Position numbers and translations under genes: made by a program. A stretch of DNA of 64,000 nucleotides from Schizochytrium sp. TIO01 (lineage: Eukaryota; Protista; Bigyra: Labyrinthulomycetes), in assembly GCA_004764695.1 (NCBI GenBank), contig SMSO01000014.1, positions 243,648-307,647 on the forward strand. Reading direction: 5' to 3'. The notes below the pieces were generated by a model. The model did not search any database. It was not told the origin of the DNA and saw nothing but the letters and a program-made list of their open reading frames with translations. Below, piece after piece: positions 57,548-64,000 of this stretch; positions within the stretch are counted from its first letter, which is position 1, and each line of letters starts with the position of its first letter.

Positions 57548-59272
57548 ATTATTCTCTGTGCCAGCTCAGCTTGATCCGCTGCTAACCTTTATGGCATGCA
57601 ATTTACTTCCCTACTCATGTCTCTATAATAGATTCGTGCCACCTAAAACCTTTGTTCTGTTTTTTTCTCTAGAATCTGCATTTGCGATACCTACCCATGC
57701 ATGAACATGTAAACTACCTCCCTCCTACATATCCACTTGCTTGCGCACAGCCTCATAAAGACTGAACGTCACATAGACTTGTTTTTTCAGAACGTGCGCG
57801 TAGGTCAACCTAGACTTCGTCTCCATCTCATCATTCCCCGCATTCCCGCCATAGGCACATAACATCAACAACTACGACTACCGCTAACACTGCTACTACC
57901 AATAGTAGCGTCCCTCGCGCACAAAACCACCTCGTGTAAAACCTCGAATACTTCGCCCTGCCTAGCTACCCAGAAGGTGCTGCACGAGATCATGATGATG
58001 CATGTCTTGATCTGATTTGAGCGAAAGTTGTCTCAATCCCGTCTCATCTGTAAAAATCCAGGTGCTCTCGGCATTCGGGGCGGTGCACGAACAATTGATA
58101 GCACAACAGCAGGAAACTCATCCATCAATCAAGTCCATTCGTTGGTTAGTTAGTAATCACTGTCCGCGGACGCCGCTCAAATATCTATCTGTCAACTGCA
58201 GATCGATCATCCATCTCTTCTCATGATCGTCCAAACGTCTCAGAAGGAGAAGTCCTCAAGTTATTCGTTGAAAGCTGTTTTACATTCATGTACGTCATGC
58301 CGCAGTAGAAACAAATGATGGAAAGACCTCCTTCGTCCACAGCCACTCAGCCAACGAAGAAGTCTACGAAAGCACAGCGCCAGCCAGCCAATCAATGAAT
58401 ACAAACAGCACCAGCGCCAGACTCATCAAGATGCTCCACACGTGCGTGCAGACGCAGTGCTCAAGGTGTGTGTTTGGCCTCGAGGGCTAAACCTTAGTTG
58501 CGCCAGAACGTGCGAGAATGGCGAATGACAAGGACGCTTTCTACGATCCTCCATGAGCAACTCTTCAATGAACGAATCGTCGTTGATGAGAAGGGCGACT
58601 GACTGCTGTAGTTTAGGCTAGCCGTGCACTACGGCACCAATTGTCTCACGAGCTATAGAAAACCCTCACTCGCCTCGAGGTACCTGCAAACCAGCATCCG
58701 GGACCCTGACACCTACAGCGGCCCGGGCAGTTTGGAGCTTCTCTTCTCTCGCATGCGACGAAGTTGTTATCTTTTCCGCTGGCCTGCAGGTCCTTTGCGA
58801 TGGTAATCTGAGACGAGACAAGACATGGAGAAATGAATGCCTAGGTACCTGAAGAAAGCAGCTTTGCAATAGAAATTTTGAGCTCTAAGAAATTAAATTA
58901 AACTAGAGACGCCAAGCTATACTCGCTTTTCTGAGCTGCGGAAAGCTTAAAGCGAGTCTTGCGTCTGATTCCCTTTCCTGTGTCGAGAAAGTTTTGGCTA
59001 ATGTACAGTTTTCGTGGGAAACAATTAATAATAAAATTGATATATATATTTTTAATAATTTAATAAAAAAGACTTTTTTGGTGGAAGGAAACGCTATAAA
59101 AAGTAAAAACTTGCATAGTTCGCATTACATTGCATTGCAAAACTTGCATTGCGTTCCAATCCGTATTGCTCTGCTTCGCCGGCGCGTCGAATCGCCCCTG
59201 GCACCGCTTCAAGCCGACGCTAGGTCGGTACAGACACGCAGAAAAGGCTTTGGTCAAGGCTTTGTGGCCTGA

Positions 59273-60745
59273 TGCTCGCGTCCTTGCAGACTAGCGGCAC
59301 TCCTGCGGCCGTCGCGAGCACGCCTGGCGAGCTCTGCAGCTTCCGTAGTACGCCCCAGGATAGATTTCGAGCGCCTTCTAGCCGCTAAATCAGATCTCGC
59401 TGCGGAGCTTAGTGCGAGATTTCCCAACCGTGAACCTGAATTCTTGGGAAAACAGGTCGAGGTTGTCGTCACCCTTCGTGAGCGCCAACTCCAACTTCTC
59501 CGCGAAGCCCAAGATCTTCGTCAAGAGCGTAATGCCATCGCCAAGGCAAACAAAGGTGTTAAGGGAAAGCCTTCTCAAGAATCTCTTGATCGTGGTCGCG
59601 AGCTCAAGTCTCGCATCTCGGATATCGAATCTGAGCTTGCTGCTGTGCAGAAGAACCTTGATGAGCTAACCATGCATTTGCCCAACTGGCTGGATCCCCG
59701 AGGACCACGTCGTGGCGAGACAGCTGCACAACTTGGGCTCAAGGAGGAGGACCATGGTGAAGGTGTTATTGTTCGTGAGCGCTCGGACCCTATGCCACAA
59801 TTTGATTTCGATATCAAGGACCATGTCACGCTCGGAGAGAGCCTCGACATCGTGGACTTTAAGTCTCCGGTGAAATCCTCGGGCCCGAGGTTTGCATCTC
59901 TCAAAAACGAAGGCGCACTCCTTGAGCTCGGTTTGGCACAATGGATCCTTGGAAAACTATACAAGGAGCTCAAATTTTCACCGACCCTTACACCGGATCT
60001 TGTGCAACGGGATGTTCTTGAAGCATGTGGTTTCCAGCCCCGTGACGACTCGTCGCACGTCTATCAGGCTTACAACCACACACCGGATCACCGCGACGCA
60101 GAACTTTGCCTTGCAGGAACCTCTGAAGTTGCGCTTGCCGGATCTCGCATGGGCAAGGTTTACCGTTCTGGTCTCCCGGAGCGCCTCGCAGGATTCAGCC
60201 ACTGCTTTCGTGCCGAGGCTGGTGGTGGAGGTGCCATGAACCGCGGTTTGTACCGCCTTCACCAGTTTAGTAAGGCGGAGATGTTTGTATTCTCTCACCC
60301 AGACCACTCTGAAGCCGAGCTCGACCGCCTCGTGTGTATTCAGGAATCCATCTGCGATCAGCTTGGTCTTCATTGGCGCACCATCGATATGTACCCGGAT
60401 GAGCTTGGTAACCCTGCTGCCCGCAAGTACGATGTCCAGGTTTACATTCCGTCTCGCGGAGCTTACGGCGAGGTAGCATCCCTCTCCAACTGCACGGATT
60501 ATCAGGCTCGCCGCCTCGACATTCGCTACGTTGACCCAGAAACTCAGGAGCGCGGTTTCGTCCACACCCTCAACGGCACTGCCGTGGCAATTCCTCGTGT
60601 CATCCTCGCTTTGATTGAGACACACCAGCAGCCCGACGGTACTGTGAAAATTCCAGAGTGCCTCCACCCGTTCTTGCCCTTTGATACGCTCCACCCTTCA
60701 TTCGAGCCCGTCATTGACGAGAACCTCGAGAAGATTGATGAATAA
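59273..60745 (+). CDS. SARS2: Seryl-tRNA synthetase, organellar (mitochondrial) type; 5' start unresolved
   Basis: Class II motifs (TPDLV, LAGTSE, HCFRAEAG, RGLYRLHQFSKAEMF, KYD, GEVASLSNCTDYQARRL, HTLNGTA). The frame is open from 59273 with an R/A/L/S-rich presequence, but there is no in-frame ATG before the coiled-coil arm. Confidence 0.9.
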   Translation, partial: CSRPCRLAALLRPSRARLASSAASVVRPRIDFERLLAAKSDLAAELSARFPNREPEFLGKQVEVVVTLRERQLQLLREAQDLRQERNAIAKANKGVKGKPSQESLDRGRELKSRISDIESELAAVQKNLDELTMHLPNWLDPRGPRRGETAAQLGLKEEDHGEGVIVRERSDPMPQFDFDIKDHVTLGESLDIVDFKSPVKSSGPRFASLKNEGALLELGLAQWILGKLYKELKFSPTLTPDLVQRDVLEACGFQPRDDSSHVYQAYNHTPDHRDAELCLAGTSEVALAGSRMGKVYRSGLPERLAGFSHCFRAEAGGGGAMNRGLYRLHQFSKAEMFVFSHPDHSEAELDRLVCIQESICDQLGLHWRTIDMYPDELGNPAARKYDVQVYIPSRGAYGEVASLSNCTDYQARRLDIRYVDPETQERGFVHTLNGTAVAIPRVILALIETHQQPDGTVKIPECLHPFLPFDTLHPSFEPVIDENLEKIDE

Positions 60746-61639
60746 AAATAACACCCACCACTCAGACTCTTACAAAATCTTCATCACTCTGTATCTTGTC
60801 ACACCTGTTCTCTTTGCATTCTCCGTCTCTCCTTTTCATAATAATAAAAAAAAGCAAAAGCAAATTACTACCTCCTGCTCCTCCATCTACCTCAAAAAGA
60901 ATACTTGTATATATACAGCACCTTGACCTGCTAGCTCGCAATTTCCCCCAGCTTACCATGCCATCGTATCTTACAGTCCCCTCGTCCCTTCACCGCTGCG
61001 ACTACTAACTTGAAGTAGCTGCTGAGATATTACTGTGCCGTCTTTCTCGTCCCACCATCTCACATTGCTTTTTCTCATTATCATTACTACTCTAGCTAGG
61101 TACTCTCACCTTTCTTACTGCTACCCCAGCTAAACGTTGATTACTCACACGTCGGCATGATGGCGCCACGGTACACACCCGCTCGCTCACTCACTCACTC
61201 GCACACTGTCACGGTGGTGGCAGCCACGGCAATAGAAAAGTAACACATGGGTAGTGAAAGACGCTGTCGATGCGATCTCCCTGGCCCAACCGCCTCCCAG
61301 ATTCGATCATGCCGTGCTCCGCAGCCACGCGGAGTCTTGACAGCAAGCACGGCCAGTAGGTGTGGCACCACTAGTACGAAGATAGATTTAGGATCGGGCA
61401 CAGTCACTCTTCTCCACGATAGATATCGTTGCTGGCACGGTGGAGCCTCAGGTCGTGAGTTAACTGACAACCTCACGTGGCAGAATTGGTTTGCTACCTT
61501 GAGCTCTCGCATTGCTTCAGGCCGGGGGGCTTCGAAAATTACTTCGCGGCGTAGGGTGCACCACCGCTAGATTCCTCGAAGATGCTCATGCTGTCGGCGC
61601 TCAGTGTTACCATCTTGACGATTACTCCTGTGACCTCCT

Positions 61640-63260
61640 TTGCCACTGGCGAAGGTCGCTCCTCTACTCCAACGATCCCGGTTACTGCACGCGAATCAGT
61701 GCAAAGGTGCTAGCCACGTTTCGGGCATCCTGCTCAGTCCTCAGCAGAGCAGAGCTTTTGCAGTGCCGCAACATTCAGCAGGTCAAAGCCGTGGGTATCC
61801 TCGACTTCTGGTACACATCCTCCTTGCTTCAAGAGTTGTGCGCCGTCTTGTAAGTTCGCGCGGGTGGCATGATGGAATGAAAAAGAGCTTAAAGTCGCGA
61901 ACCAACCCGACTTGTGTACTACTATTTGTATATTTCCTCTTTCCTGGGCTTACTCTACAGCTACTTGAACCATGCCCAGGCTCTTCTCGCACCCAGCCGC
62001 ATCGTTCCAGGTAGTGACGGCGCTTTCTCGTTCGCGCCTCGACAGCAGAGTCATTGCTACGTTTGCTCAGCTCAGCTGTCATCCGTCTTGACTCGCCGTC
62101 ACTACCACCTCAGAGTTCTCATTCAGCTCAACCCCCAAGATGCCATCCACGTACCTATGTTTGTTCCTGCCTTGCCAGTTTGCCTGCGCGGCTGCCTGAC
62201 GGTGGGTGAATCCGACACAGTCAGACTCTGGCAGGCAGGCCTTGTCTGTGGCAGACCCAGTGGTTCGCTTCGGCGGCTTTGACCAGGTTATCCACATCCA
62301 TCGTTGCATTCCTCCACGAGAAAGAAGAACCCCAGGATTGCACTTGCACACCAAACGCAACCCTCGCGACACATCTAAGCGAAGCGGTCTGTCATCGTGC
62401 AACCTTGGAAATCGTGCAACCTTGGAATCTTCAATCCCTGCCACCATCACAACCATGTGAATCCCAACCTCGCAACCATTTGCCTAATCGAAACCTTTGC
62501 TGCAGATTTGCAACTCGGGTATATGTACTTCTCTGATATTTGATTCTTTCTTTCTCATAGTTTACTCCGGACCCTGGCCACGTGCGACCGGCACATACGT
62601 GCAGACCTTCGCGGACTTGTTTATTCCTCTCTTCCCAAATATCAGAATATACCGGGTCTGGTGGATATTTGGAGGTCCGTGCACACCATAACTGTGGCAA
62701 CTATTAGTACTGTGAGTATCTACTAGGAGGTATCTAGTACCTATTACAAACTTAGAGAATTAGTGCAAAGCAACCTCCAGCACAATGGTTGGGTTTCATC
62801 GTCACCATCGCGCTGCATAATGATGGCTTGTGCTGCAAAGGCAGTGCGAAGGCAGGCTTAGGCACTGGTTTACACAAGATGCAATCACTCCTGCTGCAAC
62901 AGCTACGAAATTCATCAAGCAGAGTAGTTTACTTGAACTCAGTAGGCAGGAAGGGCTGGGCTCACAGTTACCCACGTTCGCGCACAAAAATCTCCATTCG
63001 GAACTAGATAGCAGGTAGATATATACCTAGTACTACACAAGCAAGCAATAGTCCTGGTTACGCACTTTACTTCTGTCGTAGGAAGATTTTCAACATCATA
63101 GTTTCACTACCAGGTTGTAATACATCATGTGTGATGTTCTTGCTACCCCGTTTGCTCTACAGGCAATAGGAGAGAAACTTTAGAGTTAACTCACTCACTC
63201 TCACTTCCTCTCTGACAAAACCAAAGACAGCAGAGCATGGAACCAAGCAGTCACGAATCA
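61640..63260 (+). pseudogene. Frameshifted, coding-like hydrophobic region; possible decayed 5' part of the phosphoesterase gene
   Basis: Consecutive TM-like fragments in different frames (YYYLYISSFLGLLYSYL; FADLFIPLFPNIRIYRVWWIFGG; WLGFIVTIAL). A possible in-phase intron 63015-63299 links to the downstream frame. Confidence 0.3.
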
Positions 63261-63303
63261 TTGAGGCAATCTGAATGCCTCCAAAACCCAAACTTACAGC
63301 ACA

Positions 63304-64000
63304 ATGACTTTTGCTACTCAAGGCTCCGTAGTGGATAGGCCAGTCTCCTTTGCAGTGAGTGAGCTGTCCCATGGGAGTGACTTGGACCATGTGCAACATC
63401 AGTCTAGCTTTGACGTGGAGGAGAACAATGACCTTCATGTCCCGGATATTGGACCGTTCTGGCTTGAGCTCATCAATCCGCACAGCCGAGTGCCAAACGT
63501 CATGCTCACTCGCTTTGTGGTCGTCAGTGGACTTTGCGTAGGTCTCCTTGCCATCAGCTTCCTTGGCTTACGTAGTCCAACAGCATGGTCCGTGGGTCTT
63601 GGAGCCCTGGCTGCCTCCCTCATCTTATGGGTCTTCATTATACTTCGCGAAAAAGTATGGCCAAATAATTACCTTGTCGGTAAAAGAACTGGCAAGTATC
63701 CTATGGTCTCTTGGATGGGCTTCAGCTTTATGCTTGAGCTTCTGTACCATATGCTTGGTGAATCATATAACCCCACTTATAAAGATGCTCGTGAAACCCA
63801 CGCCCTGCGATCGCGAGCTCGTGTCTATGATGAGCGTACAAATGCCAAGTATGGCCCGGATGGTCGATTCTTTTTCGATTTTGTCGCCGACACGGGTGAT
63901 GGTTTTGATTCGAGCTACCTTGTAGCATACATGCTTGCACAAAAATCCATTACGGTGGAAGAAAGAGAACCTGACCAACCCCCTAAACTCGTTGAACTAC
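63304..64000 (+). CDS. Membrane-anchored calcineurin-like metallophosphoesterase (partial, runs off the window)
   Basis: Frame 1 is open from 63265 to the window end (missing from the ORF track because it has no stop). TM helices, PMVSW, then FFFDFVADTGDGFDSSYLVAYMLAQ, matching the DxGDG first metal motif of the plant/protist membrane phosphoesterase family. Confidence 0.75.
   Translation, partial: MTFATQGSVVDRPVSFAVSELSHGSDLDHVQHQSSFDVEENNDLHVPDIGPFWLELINPHSRVPNVMLTRFVVVSGLCVGLLAISFLGLRSPTAWSVGLGALAASLILWVFIILREKVWPNNYLVGKRTGKYPMVSWMGFSFMLELLYHMLGESYNPTYKDARETHALRSRARVYDERTNAKYGPDGRFFFDFVADTGDGFDSSYLVAYMLAQKSITVEEREPDQPPKLVEL

Noticed and set aside
59978-60694. 238-aa minus-strand ORF
   Set aside because: Antisense shadow of SerRS.
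1-64000. CRISPR arrays, rRNA/tRNA genes, intact transposase/RT/Fanzor or viral genes
   Set aside because: No repeat-spacer periodicity, cloverleaf, rRNA signature or DDE/RT/RuvC motifs were recognised by eye. Highly diverged copies cannot be excluded without HMM searches.

Overview
This is eukaryotic nuclear DNA, not prokaryotic: it has GT-AG introns, tetranucleotide microsatellites and compact, mostly single-exon genes. The style suggests a protist such as a thraustochytrid or other stramenopile (inference only). About 14 genes are supported: a TPR co-chaperone, PAF-acetylhydrolase, a TAF1C/Rrn6-like WD40 protein, a sterol desaturase/fatty-acid hydroxylase, a very large PHD-finger + amino-methyltransferase gene split by a +1 frame change, two spliced multi-pass membrane proteins, homocysteine S-methyltransferase, UCH-L3, a CAMK-type kinase with a huge activation-loop insert, a Zn-finger + TrmN6/YfiC-like methyltransferase, a DH-PH RhoGEF, an organellar seryl-tRNA synthetase with no in-frame ATG before the coiled-coil arm, and a membrane calcineurin-like phosphoesterase running off the right end. 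The long gene-free stretches (1-15.3 kb, 24-33.7 kb, 48.6-53.2 kb, 61-63.2 kb) contain decayed gene relics, including a TTLL-like relic and a four-copy decayed gene family arranged as two divergent pairs. One candidate structured small RNA lies at about 27.3 kb. The best candidate for a novel system is the PHD reader fused to a bacterial/phage-style N6-adenine (or N4-cytosine) DNA methyltransferase with a variant NPDF motif. No rRNA, tRNA, CRISPR array or intact transposase was recognised. All calls are by eye; no searches were run.
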